From NCBI GenBank assembly GCA_030649945.1, contig JAUSFE010000083.1, positions 5,194-69,193 of the forward strand: a DNA stretch of 64,000 nucleotides, in the 5' to 3' direction. This DNA comes from Dehalococcoidia bacterium. Lineage in GTDB: Bacteria; Chloroflexota; Dehalococcoidia; SM23-28-2; RBG-16-64-32. This document shows positions 24,366-34,054 of this stretch, in pieces. The position numbers and the translations under genes were made by a program. The stretch's first letter is position 1; every line of letters begins with the position of its first letter. The notes beneath the pieces were generated by a model that saw only the letters and a list, made by a program, of their open reading frames with translations, was not told the DNA's origin and searched no databases.

Positions 24366-25232
24366 ATGCGGGTGCTCATCGTCTCCGATATCCATGCGAA
24401 CCTGGTGGCGCTGGAGACCGTGCTCCGGGACGCGGCAGCGGGCGGGCCCATCGGCGCGCTCTGGAACCTGGGCGACTGCGTGGGCTACGGGCCGCGCCCG
24501 GGCGAGTGCATTGCCCGCCTGCGGGAGATGGAGGCGCTGTGGGTGGCGGGTAACCACGAGCGGGCGTGCACGGGGGCGATCGGCACGGACGACTTCAACC
24601 CGGACGCGGCGGCAGCGGCGCAGTGGACGAAGCAGCGGCTCTCGCCCGAGGAGAGGGCGTTCCTGGACACGCTGCCTGAGGTGGCGGAGGAGACGGCATC
24701 AGACCCCGGCCTGAAGGCTGGGGCAGCGAGCGGGCCTGTTGCAGACCCCGGCCTGAAGGCTGGGGCAGCGAGCGGGCCTATTGCAGACCCCAGCCTGAAG
24801 GCTGGGGCATCGAGGGCGGGCTTCACGCTGGTGCACGGGACGCTGCGGCAGCCCATCTGGGAGTATCTTTACTCGCACGAGGCGGCGATGGGACACCTGC
24901 AGCTGCAGCGCTCGCCGTTCGGGCTGGTGGGGCACACGCATGTCCCGCTGATCGTGATCGAGGACGCCGGCGCACCGCACGGGTGCGAGCTGTACCGCTT
25001 TGGGGACGGTGAGAGCGTGGAGCTGAGCGGCGAGCGGCGGCTGGTGATCAACCCCGGCAGCGTGGGCCAGCCCAGGGACGGCGACCCGCGCGCAGCCTAC
25101 GCCGTCTACGACACGGAGTCAGCGGGCGTTACGCTGCACCGCGTGGAGTACGAGATAGCGACTACGCAGAAGCGGATGGAGGAGGAGGAGCTGCCGCGCC
25201 GGCTGATCGATAGGCTAACGCTGGGCAGGTGA
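24366..25232 (+). CDS. metallophosphoesterase family protein (YfcE/MJ0936-like) with an internal repeat insertion
   Basis: MRVLIVSDIHAN...LGDCVGYGP...GNHE...LVHGT...GHTH...INPGSVGQPRDGD. Confidence 0.8.
   Translation: MRVLIVSDIHANLVALETVLRDAAAGGPIGALWNLGDCVGYGPRPGECIARLREMEALWVAGNHERACTGAIGTDDFNPDAAAAAQWTKQRLSPEERAFLDTLPEVAEETASDPGLKAGAASGPVADPGLKAGAASGPIADPSLKAGASRAGFTLVHGTLRQPIWEYLYSHEAAMGHLQLQRSPFGLVGHTHVPLIVIEDAGAPHGCELYRFGDGESVELSGERRLVINPGSVGQPRDGDPRAAYAVYDTESAGVTLHRVEYEIATTQKRMEEEELPRRLIDRLTLGR
24702..24821 (+). repeat. About 2.9 tandem copies of a 42-bp unit inside the phosphoesterase CDS, in frame
   Basis: Units start at 24702, 24744 and 24786. They encode DPGLKAGAASGPVA / DPGLKAGAASGPIA / DPSLKAGASRAG. 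Each unit contains a CAGCC/CGGCC-TGAA-GGCTG hairpin. Confidence 0.9.
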
Positions 25233-25281
25233 CGGGGACGGGAGGGAGGGAGGAGGTGAGGCGCCGGGTCCTTCGCTGCGA

Positions 25282-26454
25282 TCACGATGACAGACGGGGG
25301 GCGCCGAGGCGGGCGTCGAACCAGGCCCAGTACTCGGGCCAATCCGGGAGCGGCATCGTGCCGGGGCGGGCGTAGTAGAGGGCGCCGGCGATGGCGAACG
25401 CTTCGAGCGGGTTCGCTGGGCGCACGGTGACCGCGGCGCCGTTTTCGTCCACGTAGGTGAGCGCGCGGCCCTCGTACACGTAGAGGCTGTCGATGGTCTG
25501 CCAGGGCTCGTGGACGGCCGCGCGGACGGCTTCGTCTGAGGCGAGGGGACGCCAGCCGGTGGCGGCGATGAAGGAGCGCATCTCGCCGCCGAGGAGGGCG
25601 AGGACGTACTCGCCGGGGGCCACGTCGCGGAACTGGTAGGCGTGCAGGAGCTCGTGGGCAACGGAGAGGGGGCCGGCGCCGGCGGCGAGAACGATCTCGT
25701 GCGCGGCGCGGTGGCCGGCGGGGCCCTGGTCCGAGTTCGTGTAGAAGGAACGGGCGGCGTCACCGTACGGCTGCCAGCCGTCCTGCGTGCGGCCCTGCGT
25801 GTTCGAGAGCACGGCCAGCGGCCCGGCCGGGCTGCTGGCGATGGAGGACGCGACCGTGACCGGCAGCCGGTCCATGGCGCTGATGACCGCGCCGATGTTC
25901 TGTAACTGCGGCGCTTCGTCCGTCCCCCAGTCCTGCCCGTCCAGCACGATGTCAATGCCGTACGCGGCCTTTGCCTGCGCGGCCAGCGTCGCGGCCGCCG
26001 GGGCGAGGGTCGGCGCGGGAGCGGGCGCCACGGGGATGGGCGCCATGGACCAGGAGCTGGCGGCCGTGCCGGCGTCCAGGGCGGCCGATGATGACACGAC
26101 GGGGGGTGCGCTGCCGGGCTGAGCGGCCACTGCCCCGGGCTGAAGGGCTGGGGCGTCTGCCAGAGCGCCGGCCTGCGGTGGCGCCGCCGGGCCGGAAAGC
26201 GCGGCTGCGCCCGCGGGCTCGACGGACTGGAAGCGCGCCGGGGCGGCGGGCTGGGCGCCGCCGGCGGGGCGGGTCAGGGCGGCCGGCTCGGCCGGGCCTG
26301 CGGCCGCCGCCAGAAGGGCAGTTGCCGCCGCCACGGCGATTGCCAGCAGGGCCATCGCGGCCCAGTTGAGCCAGAAACGGCGTGACGTGGTCCACCCTCC
26401 CCTTGGGTTCGTCACGGCGCTATTCCCGGCTGCGGGATGGCCCTGAAAGGCCAT
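25282..26454 (-). CDS. putative secreted or anchored HExxH protein with an Ala/Pro-rich linker
   Basis: N-terminal TM (WLNWAAMALLAIAVAAATALLAAAA), a low-complexity AP-rich region, then SVAHELLHAYQF. Start is uncertain. Confidence 0.55.
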   Translation of the reverse strand: MAFQGHPAAGNSAVTNPRGGWTTSRRFWLNWAAMALLAIAVAAATALLAAAAGPAEPAALTRPAGGAQPAAPARFQSVEPAGAAALSGPAAPPQAGALADAPALQPGAVAAQPGSAPPVVSSSAALDAGTAASSWSMAPIPVAPAPAPTLAPAAATLAAQAKAAYGIDIVLDGQDWGTDEAPQLQNIGAVISAMDRLPVTVASSIASSPAGPLAVLSNTQGRTQDGWQPYGDAARSFYTNSDQGPAGHRAAHEIVLAAGAGPLSVAHELLHAYQFRDVAPGEYVLALLGGEMRSFIAATGWRPLASDEAVRAAVHEPWQTIDSLYVYEGRALTYVDENGAAVTVRPANPLEAFAIAGALYYARPGTMPLPDWPEYWAWFDARLGAPRLSS

Positions 26455-26700
26455 TTGCGGGTCCCTCCCACCTTTTTTGGCCCGTCCCAGAAAGCTGAGA
26501 CTTGCCGGCAGTGCTGTGTGCGTGAGCCGGACCTGCGGTGGTCCGGTCTGTTCCTTGCACCATCAGGTTACGCGCGCCGGTTTGCAATGTCAGTTAACGA
26601 CCGGTAAAGAAGAGCCGCTTTTGGGGAGTCTGCGGCGGATGATTGATACGCCAATGGGATGGCCGCCAGCGCGGGGGCGCTTATAATCCCGAAGGAGCAC

Positions 26701-27768
26701 ATGAGCGGAAAAGTGAAGGTGGCGCTGGCTCTGCCGGTGGCCCGCGAGCTGCAGGAGAGGATCCGCGCCGTGGACCAACGCCTGGCGGTGACCGCCCTGA
26801 CGCGGATGCAGCGGCATGTCTACCGCGAGGGCCGGCCGCTGTGGGCCGGCTACGCCGAGCCGGCGCTGGCGGATGAAGAGAGCGAGGAGGAGGCGAAGGC
26901 GCGGCTGGAGGAGGTCCTGGCCGGGACGGAGGTCATTCTGAGCAACCCCGTGGTGCCGGACGGCATCGTTTCGCGGGCGCCGAAGCTCAGGTGGCTGCAG
27001 CTGACCAGCGCGGGCGTGGACCGCCTGCTGGACGCGCCCGTGGTCCGCTCGCGCGTCACGGTGACCACGGCCAGCGGCATCCACGCCGTGCCCATCAGCG
27101 AGTACGTGCTGGGGGCGATGCTGGCGTTCGCCAAGGGGTTCCCGCGGGCGCTGAAGGCGCAGGCGGAGGGCACGTGGCGCCCCTTCTGGCCCGAGGAGCT
27201 GGAAGGCAAGACCGTGGGCATCGCCGGCATGGGGGCGATCGGCCGCCGCGTGGCGCAGCTTTCGCGCGCGCTGGGGTTGCGGGTGCTGGCGATGCGCCGC
27301 TCCGCCGAGCGGCGGCTTGTGGGCGGCGAGACGGGAGACCCGTGCGTGGACGAGCTGCTGCCGCCGTCTGAGCTGCCGTACCTGCTGGCGGAGAGCGACT
27401 ACGTGGTCGTGGCCGCGCCGCTGACGCCGGAGACGCGCGGGATGTTCGGGGAGGCCGAGCTGCGGGCGATGAAGCCGACGGCGGTGATCATCAACATCGC
27501 CCGCGGAGCGCTGATCGACGAGGGGGCGCTGGCGAGGGCGCTCAAGGAGCGCTGGATCGCGGGGGCGGCGCTGGACGTGTTCGAGCGCGAGCCCTTGCCG
27601 GCGGAGAGCGCACTGTGGGCGCTGGATAACGTGCTGCTGACGCCGCACATCAGCGGGGGGACGCCGCGCTACATGGAGCGGGCGGTGGACCTGTTCTGCG
27701 ATAACCTGCGCCGCTACCTGGACGGGCGGCCGCTGCTGAACGTGGTGGACCCGGAGCGGGGGTACTGA
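26701..27768 (+). CDS. D-isomer-specific 2-hydroxyacid dehydrogenase family protein
   Basis: GKTVGIAGMGAIGRRVAQLSRALGLRV, INIARGALIDEGAL, TPHISG. ATG 26701 follows GAAGGAG. Confidence 0.85.
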   Translation: MSGKVKVALALPVARELQERIRAVDQRLAVTALTRMQRHVYREGRPLWAGYAEPALADEESEEEAKARLEEVLAGTEVILSNPVVPDGIVSRAPKLRWLQLTSAGVDRLLDAPVVRSRVTVTTASGIHAVPISEYVLGAMLAFAKGFPRALKAQAEGTWRPFWPEELEGKTVGIAGMGAIGRRVAQLSRALGLRVLAMRRSAERRLVGGETGDPCVDELLPPSELPYLLAESDYVVVAAPLTPETRGMFGEAELRAMKPTAVIINIARGALIDEGALARALKERWIAGAALDVFEREPLPAESALWALDNVLLTPHISGGTPRYMERAVDLFCDNLRRYLDGRPLLNVVDPERGY

Positions 27769-27793
27769 TCAGGCCGCCCGCCGAAAATTTAAC

Positions 27794-27831
27794 CGCAGAT
27801 TACGCAGATTGAGCGCAGATTGGCGCAGATT
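27794..27831. promoter_or_regulatory. Four phased CGCAGATT boxes
   Basis: Boxes at 27794, 27803, 27814 and 27824, spaced 9, 11 and 10 bp. They lie about 90 nt upstream of TGCTATAAT (27914-27922). Confidence 0.35.
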
Positions 27832-28159
27832 GGCTTTGGGATGGGGTTGTGTGGGCGGTTGAGCCGAACGGTTAAGTTCGCGCCGAGTTCGGCGAGCACG
27901 GCGCCGGACGCCGTGCTATAATCGGCGGCCAGAACCAAGGGGGGTTCCAGACGTATGCGCCTGCCAGCGTTCATTTCAACTGCAGCCGTCCTCGTCATGC
28001 TTGCCGCGCGGTGACATCGATGACTTCTACCGGCAGTTGTCGAAATTCGATGGACTTACTGCAAATGAAGATGCCTTGCCCGAGCGCTTTCTGCAGATCC
28101 AAGAGTAGCGGTACGCCGATGGAAGTATCAGCGTCGACCGCTCGAACCCTCTTGGTGAA

Positions 28160-28630
28160 ATGGCCGTGACGACTTCCATCGGGCAGCCAGGTAGGTCATT
28201 CGCCGAGACGGCAACGTTCTGGGGTCGCTGGCTGGCTGTCCTACCAGCGGCCGTCCTGTCTCTCATTGTTGCCACCTTCCCGATTCACTGGGCGGTGTTG
28301 ATGATTACTAGCGGATCAAAAGAGGATGGGAGTTTTGGAATAACCGACTTACCACCAGAAACGCTGGAACGCCTTGCCGTGGCGTTCTTGGCGCCAATGG
28401 CTTACGTCGTGGCCGGCGCTAAGGTTGCGCCAATCTATAAACTCCAGGCGGCAGTCGTCCTCATCATCTTGCTAGCGATAGTTCTCTCGGCCAGCGCAAC
28501 ATACGTCGCATCGAACGGCAACCTCGATTACGAAGCCTGGGGCTGGGTGGAGTTCGTTGCCGTCGTCGCACTCTGGATCGGCGGGACGATCGCTGGTGTC
28601 TACTACATCAACGAGAAAGAGCGGCAGTGA
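28160..28630 (+). CDS. hypothetical membrane protein (about 4 TM)
   Basis: 156 aa with hydrophobic segments. 31/60 GC at 28321-28380. Confidence 0.5.
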   Translation: MAVTTSIGQPGRSFAETATFWGRWLAVLPAAVLSLIVATFPIHWAVLMITSGSKEDGSFGITDLPPETLERLAVAFLAPMAYVVAGAKVAPIYKLQAAVVLIILLAIVLSASATYVASNGNLDYEAWGWVEFVAVVALWIGGTIAGVYYINEKERQ

Positions 28631-29061
28631 ATGCTCAGGGCCAGCCCAGCCCCGCGAGAGGACGTGCTCCTGTGGATAGACGGCCTGAAGACAGCGGCGA
28701 CGAGTTCGAACTAGAACAGCAGCGCCAGATAAGAGAAAACACCTTCGACTGGGAGGCGCTGGATCAGGCACGCGGTCCGGCAAACCCAATCGACTACTGG
28801 CGGGAAACCGGCTTAGCCGCCGGGCAGCTTCGGGGATGTCTGATGATCCCGCTCGGATTCATCATCTACTTCGGTGGCTTCGTCGCCCTCATCGCTTGGG
28901 GAAATAGCATCTTGATCCTGTTCCTCTGGATGTTCTTAATCGGCCCGATTACAGTCTCCCTTGTCGCCTTCGGCCTAACGTGGGTCATGCTGCCGATTGC
29001 CGCAGTCCTCATGCTGATGGCTAAGGTCCTCCATTGGGGCGAGGAGAAGTCCAGCCGATGA
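28627..29061 (+). CDS. hypothetical membrane protein (soluble N-terminus plus about 3 TM)
   Basis: 144 aa. 4-nt overlap with the upstream ORF. Confidence 0.5.
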   Translation: MNAQGQPSPARGRAPVDRRPEDSGDEFELEQQRQIRENTFDWEALDQARGPANPIDYWRETGLAAGQLRGCLMIPLGFIIYFGGFVALIAWGNSILILFLWMFLIGPITVSLVAFGLTWVMLPIAAVLMLMAKVLHWGEEKSSR

Positions 29062-29141
29062 GCCCAGCGACACCTCCGGCCCGAGCGCGCAGCAGCGCTT
29101 ACCAGCTCGGCCACGGCGACGCGAGCGCTAGAATCGCAGCC

Positions 29142-29891
29142 ATGAAGGTACCCACGGCGTTGTTCGCGGTCGCGTTCCTGTTTGTGGTCGCGGTGGTAAT
29201 GGGTGCCTGCAGCAGCGACGGAGGGTCAGGAAACAGCACGGTAACTTCTGGACCCTCCGCACAGGACACGACCCCGCCGATACTGGGCGACATCCGCAGT
29301 GGCGGGACGTCCGCTAACGACGATCTGCTCAAGAAGCTCGCGCTGACCGAGGAGGATCTTCCGCCGGGATTCCAACTGAATAGTGAAGACACCACCGATG
29401 TCAGCGGATCCAGTCTGTACATCGCCCGGTACTTTAACGAACAAGCGTCAGCGGACGAGGGGTTGTCCGGCGGTCAGCCACTTACCGCCGAAGTCGACCT
29501 CTATCTTTTTGAGACCGCCGATCAAGCCCTCGACTTCTACACAGCGATGAAGTCCAAGACAGCTGAGCAGTGGACGGCATCGACCGAAGGCGGCCGCCAC
29601 CTCCCCAACGACCCTGATTTCGAACGCCTTGATGGGGCCGCCCGACTTCTGCAAGTTCCTGTCGCAGGCGACGCCTTCGGCGTGGAGATTTCGGAGCGCA
29701 TCCTACACCGTCCTAGCGGGGAAGAGAAAACGTTCTTCGACGTGACGGCCCTCGTGCTGGTCAATCGGGCGATCGCCAGTTTCGACTACGGCACGATTGG
29801 TCGCCCGGTCAACATTGACACCCTCGTGCCGTTCGCCGAGAAACTTCAAGAACGTTTGCGACTGGGCCTACGGGCAGACCTTGGCAACTGA
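29142..29891 (+). CDS. putative lipoprotein
   Basis: MKVPTALFAVAFLFVVAVVMGAC-SSDGGSG lipobox-like signal. ATG 29142 lies within the longer track ORF. Confidence 0.55.
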   Translation: MKVPTALFAVAFLFVVAVVMGACSSDGGSGNSTVTSGPSAQDTTPPILGDIRSGGTSANDDLLKKLALTEEDLPPGFQLNSEDTTDVSGSSLYIARYFNEQASADEGLSGGQPLTAEVDLYLFETADQALDFYTAMKSKTAEQWTASTEGGRHLPNDPDFERLDGAARLLQVPVAGDAFGVEISERILHRPSGEEKTFFDVTALVLVNRAIASFDYGTIGRPVNIDTLVPFAEKLQERLRLGLRADLGN

Positions 29892-29926
29892 ACCGATGGC
29901 TGCTTTTGTGAGCAAGGCGGTCTAAC

Positions 29927-30280
29927 TTGTCACCAATTGTCTCAAAGCTGTATGCCAACGGGGTGGCCCTCGGGATGTTTGGTACTCTACTGACGCTGAT
30001 AGGCTGGGCCGTGGGTGCTGCTGCTGACTTCTGGTGGCTGCTTTGGGTCGGTCTCGCAATCTTTGGCGTGGGCGCATTCCTCTGGATTGTGGCTAGCACA
30101 GCCATTCATAGGGCCTGGGGCGGCGTGCCTTTCTGGACGGGATTGATACTGGCCCTGATCGGGCTCATCCGCGGATTGAGCGTTCATGGCTTGCCCTTAC
30201 TATGGACAGGACTCGGCGTGATGATAGCCGGATTCGTGGCGTCGTTCATTGGCAATTCTTTGACCGACAGGAGATACTAA
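29927..30280 (+). CDS. hypothetical membrane protein (4 TM)
   Basis: 117 aa, strongly hydrophobic. Confidence 0.5.
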   Translation: MSPIVSKLYANGVALGMFGTLLTLIGWAVGAAADFWWLLWVGLAIFGVGAFLWIVASTAIHRAWGGVPFWTGLILALIGLIRGLSVHGLPLLWTGLGVMIAGFVASFIGNSLTDRRY

Positions 30281-30602
30281 CCGGCCCCTTCCGAGGCGTC
30301 ATCTTCGACCTGGGACGCCGTCCGGCCGCAGAAAGAGGCAGGTGGGAGGTGGAGTGCTAGGTAGATGTACGGCCTAGAAAGCTGATCTCGTCAACTCCTT
30401 AGCGGCGGCGATTAAGCGCTATTCTTCGCCCATGCGATTGCCTCAAATTCCGCGATTGGGGCAACGAAGAACGCGTCGAACTCGCCAAACCTATGTTAAG
30501 TGAAGAGGACCACAAAACCTGTACTGGCGCGGGACGTTGGACGAATGGACTCGCTTTCATGCCTGAGGCTTTGTTGCTGGCCTAAGCTGTCGTGCTGTCG
30601 GC

Positions 30603-33077
30603 CTACGCTGTTTGCACGGGGCGCGGGCGCTCCGGCGGGACCGCCTGCGTGGGCTCCAGCCGCGGCTGCTCTTCCTGGCGCTCCGGGTGCAGGGCCGCGG
30701 CCAGCACCTCGTCCACGTGCTCGACGAGGAGGAACTCGAGGTCGCGGCGCACCTCTTCGGGCACGTCCACCAGGTCGTTCTCGTTGTCGCGGGGGATGAT
30801 CACGCGCTTGCTGCCGGCGCGGTGGGCGGCCAGCACCTTATCGCGGACGGCGCCCACGGGCAGGACCTTGCCGCGCAGGGTGATCTCGCCGGTCATGGCC
30901 ACCTCCTTGCGCACGGGGCGCCTGGTGATGGCGGAGACGAGGGCGGTGGCCATGGTCACGCCGGCCGAGGGGCCGTCTTTGGGGATGGCGCCGGCCGGGA
31001 CGTGGATGTGGATGTCGTTCTTCTCGAAGAAGCCGCTGGAGACGCCCAGCAGGCCGGCGCGGGAGCGGGCGTAGGTGAGGGCGGCCTGGGCGGATTCCTG
31101 CATCACCTCGCCGAGCTTGCCGGTGAGGATGAGCCGGCCCTTGCCGGGCACGGTCGTAGCCTCCACGAAAAGGACGTCGCCGCCGGCCATCGTGGCGGCC
31201 AGGCCCGTCGCCACGCCCACTTCGTCCCTGGCGGACGCCAGTTCCCAGCGGAAGCGCAGGGGGCCGAGGAACTCCGCGAGGGTCTCGTCGGTGACGACGA
31301 TCTGTTCGTGCTCCTCGGCGGCGATGCGGCGGGCCACGCCCCGGCAGACGCTGCCCAGCTCGCGCTCCAGGCTGCGGACGCCGGCCTCGCGGGTGTAGGA
31401 GCGGATGATCTCGCGGATGGCGGCTTCCGTCACGCGCAGCTGGTCTTCGGGGATGCCGTTTTCGCGCAGCTGGCGGGGGAGGAGATAACGCTTGCCGATC
31501 TCCAGCTTCTCGTGCTCCGTGTAGCCGGGCAGCTCGATGATCTCCATGCGGTCGCGGAGGGGGCCGGGTATGGTGTCCTGGAGGTTGGCCGTGGCGACGA
31601 AGAAGACGCGGGAGAGGTCGAAGGCGACATCGAGGTAGTGGTCCGTGAAGGTGGAGTTCTGGGCCGGGTCCAGCACCTCCAGCAAGGCGGAGGCCGGGTC
31701 GCCGCGGAAGTCCACGCCCAGCTTGTCCATTTCGTCCAGCATGAAGAGCGGGTTGTGGGAGGCGGCGCGCTTGATCTCCTGGATGATGCGGCCGGGCATG
31801 GCGCCGACGTAGGTGCGGCGGTGGCCGCGGATCTCCGCCTCGTCGCGGATGCCGCCGAGCGATATGCGGATGAACTTACGGCCGAGGGCGCGGGCGATGG
31901 ACTGGCCCAGGGACGTTTTGCCGGTGCCGGGCGGGCCGACGAAGCAGAGGATGGGGCCGCGGGTCTCGCCGTGCTTGAGCTTGATCACGGCCAGGAAGTC
32001 CAGGATGCGGCGCTTCACCTTTTCCAGGCCGTAGTGGTCCTCGTCGAGGATCTGCTCGGCGCGGGCGATGTCCAGGTTGTCTTCGGTGGTCTTGCTCCAG
32101 GGCAGGTCCGCGAGCCACTCCAGGTAAGTGCGGGCCACCTGGTATTCGGGCGACATGGTGGGGATAGCGTTGAGGCGCTGCAGCTCGCGGTCCGCCTCGC
32201 GGCGGGGGCCCTCCGGGAGGCCGGCCTCTTCCAGGCGCTTCTTCAGCTCGGCGAGCTCCGGGGTGATGTCGCCTTCGCCCAGCTCCTTCTGGATGGCCTT
32301 CATCTGCTCGCGCAGGATGAACTCGCGCTGGCGCTTGTCGATCTCGCCGCGCACGTCGGACTGGATCTTGGACTGCACCTCCAGGACCTCGATCTCGTGG
32401 CGGAGCAGTTCCTGGACGTGCGCCAGGCGCTTGTTCACGTCCAGCTCCTGGAGCACAGCGTAGCGGTCGTCCGGCGCGAGCTGCAGGTTGGCGGCGATAA
32501 AGTCGGCGAGCGCCGCCGGATCGGTGATGCTGGAGACGGCGGACTGCAGCTCCGCGGGCAGGTTGTCAGAGAGCGTGACGACGCGGCCGAACGTCTCGCC
32601 GGCCTCGCGCATGATCGCCTCGAGCTCGAGGGTGCGGTCTACGCGCTCCTCCAGGCGTTCCACGCGGCCGCGCACGGGCAGGTCTTCCTGCTCCAGGGCG
32701 GCAAGGCGGACGCGGGCCAGGCCCTGCAGGATGGCGTGGACGGAGCCGTCCGGGGCTTTGGCCATGCGCACTATGGTGGCGGCGGTGCCGGTATTCCTGA
32801 GGGCGCCCTCGAAGCGGCCCTCCTCCAGCGCTTCCTGGGGGAAGATGCCGAGCGTTTTGACCTCGGAGGCGGCGGCCTCGTCGATGGCCATGATATCCCG
32901 CTTTTCCGTGGCCAGCACGGGCATGAGCTGCTGCGGGAACATGATGTTAGCCCCGCTGCGGATGACGGGGATGACGTCCGGTATGTGCACCTCTTCCGCG
33001 TGCGGCGGCTGCCGTCCGGGCGCGCCGGCGGCGGGGGCTGTCTTGCTCGCGTCGCTCATGTCCTCTTCTTGCGGCAT
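30603..33077 (-). CDS. lon: ATP-dependent Lon protease (LonA)
   Basis: [53 protein letters not shown]. Confidence 0.95.
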   Translation of the reverse strand: MPQEEDMSDASKTAPAAGAPGRQPPHAEEVHIPDVIPVIRSGANIMFPQQLMPVLATEKRDIMAIDEAAASEVKTLGIFPQEALEEGRFEGALRNTGTAATIVRMAKAPDGSVHAILQGLARVRLAALEQEDLPVRGRVERLEERVDRTLELEAIMREAGETFGRVVTLSDNLPAELQSAVSSITDPAALADFIAANLQLAPDDRYAVLQELDVNKRLAHVQELLRHEIEVLEVQSKIQSDVRGEIDKRQREFILREQMKAIQKELGEGDITPELAELKKRLEEAGLPEGPRREADRELQRLNAIPTMSPEYQVARTYLEWLADLPWSKTTEDNLDIARAEQILDEDHYGLEKVKRRILDFLAVIKLKHGETRGPILCFVGPPGTGKTSLGQSIARALGRKFIRISLGGIRDEAEIRGHRRTYVGAMPGRIIQEIKRAASHNPLFMLDEMDKLGVDFRGDPASALLEVLDPAQNSTFTDHYLDVAFDLSRVFFVATANLQDTIPGPLRDRMEIIELPGYTEHEKLEIGKRYLLPRQLRENGIPEDQLRVTEAAIREIIRSYTREAGVRSLERELGSVCRGVARRIAAEEHEQIVVTDETLAEFLGPLRFRWELASARDEVGVATGLAATMAGGDVLFVEATTVPGKGRLILTGKLGEVMQESAQAALTYARSRAGLLGVSSGFFEKNDIHIHVPAGAIPKDGPSAGVTMATALVSAITRRPVRKEVAMTGEITLRGKVLPVGAVRDKVLAAHRAGSKRVIIPRDNENDLVDVPEEVRRDLEFLLVEHVDEVLAAALHPERQEEQPRLEPTQAVPPERPRPVQTA

Positions 33078-33099
33078 CGGCTGGAGGGGAGAGACGCCC

Positions 33100-33546
33100 T
33101 TAGTGGACGACTATGCGCAGCTGGCGGCCGATGGTGGGTGACGCCTTTGGCAGCGATATCTCCAGGATGCCATCTTTATAGACGGCCTGGGCCCCGTCCG
33201 AGTTAACTTCCGCCGGCAGGACAAGCTCGCGCTGGAAGGCCCCGTGGCTGATCTCCATCTGCGAGTAGACGCGCTGCGGCCGGCCGAGGAGGGGCCGGCG
33301 GTGCCCGCGGATGAAGAGCGTGGCGCCGTCCGTCTGCAGGTCGATCTCCTGCTCGGCGATACCCGCCATCTCCATGACGACGATGACCTCGGTCTCGGTT
33401 TCGTAGACGTCCACGGGCGGCTCCATGAAGGGCTCGCAGAAGCCGGGGCGGCCGGGCGCGCCCAGCACCCGCTGATAGGCCTGCTCCATCCGCTCGCGGA
33501 TGTGCTCAAACTGCGAAAAGATATCTGCTGCGGTCTGCCGGGGCAT
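33100..33546 (-). CDS. Hsp20/alpha-crystallin family small heat-shock protein
   Basis: [20 protein letters not shown]...[11 protein letters not shown]...[14 protein letters not shown]. Confidence 0.9.
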   Translation of the reverse strand: MPRQTAADIFSQFEHIRERMEQAYQRVLGAPGRPGFCEPFMEPPVDVYETETEVIVVMEMAGIAEQEIDLQTDGATLFIRGHRRPLLGRPQRVYSQMEISHGAFQRELVLPAEVNSDGAQAVYKDGILEISLPKASPTIGRQLRIVVH

Positions 33547-33576
33547 GGGCCACCTCCGCTGCTGCTGTCCCTGCGC

Positions 33577-34047
33577 CTAGGGAGTGGGGGCCGGGGCTTC
33601 CACGATCATCTCGACTTCGACGGCGATGTTGAGCGGGAGCTCGGCCATGCCCACGGAGCTGCGGGCATGGGCCCCCTTCTCGTCACCAAACAACTCTAGC
33701 AGCAATGCGGACGCCCCGTCCATGACGACGTGCTGCTGGTTGAAGCCGGGCGCGCTGTTGACGAAGCCCAGGAGCTTGACGATGCGCGAGACGTGGTCCA
33801 GGTCCGGCACCTCTTCCTTGAGCGCGGACAGGCAGTTGAGGACGCAGAGCCGGGCGGCCTCCTGCGCCTGCGGGATATCGACTTCCGCGCCGACCTTGCC
33901 GAAGACGGCGCCCTGCGCGCGCATGGGGCCGGCGCCGGAGAGGAAGACGAGGTTGCCGGAGCGGGCGGCGCCCACGTACCGGCCGTAAGAGCGCCGGGCG
34001 GGGAGCTGGAGCCCCAGCTCCTGGAGGCGGCTCTCTACGTGTCCCAC
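33577..34047 (-). CDS. RidA/YjgF family protein
   Basis: 156 aa, LVFLSGAGP...ARSSVGMAELPLNIAVEVEMIVE. Confidence 0.8.
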   Translation of the reverse strand: MGHVESRLQELGLQLPARRSYGRYVGAARSGNLVFLSGAGPMRAQGAVFGKVGAEVDIPQAQEAARLCVLNCLSALKEEVPDLDHVSRIVKLLGFVNSAPGFNQQHVVMDGASALLLELFGDEKGAHARSSVGMAELPLNIAVEVEMIVEAPAPTP

Positions 34048-34054
34048 GTGGGGG

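Noticed and set aside
24702-24821. CRISPR array (also considered for the repeats at 2451-2492, 15719-15758 and 17346-17444)
   Set aside because: The units are contiguous tandem repeats of 7-54 bp without unique spacers of CRISPR size. One array is in frame inside a CDS. No cas genes are present.
28027-28275. 82-aa minus-strand ORF overlapping the start of the 28160 membrane gene, and the 27789-27998 (-) ORF
   Set aside because: They have no SD or motifs, overlap a promoter-like region and a plus-strand hydrophobic ORF, and their composition is not protein-like. They are left uncalled.
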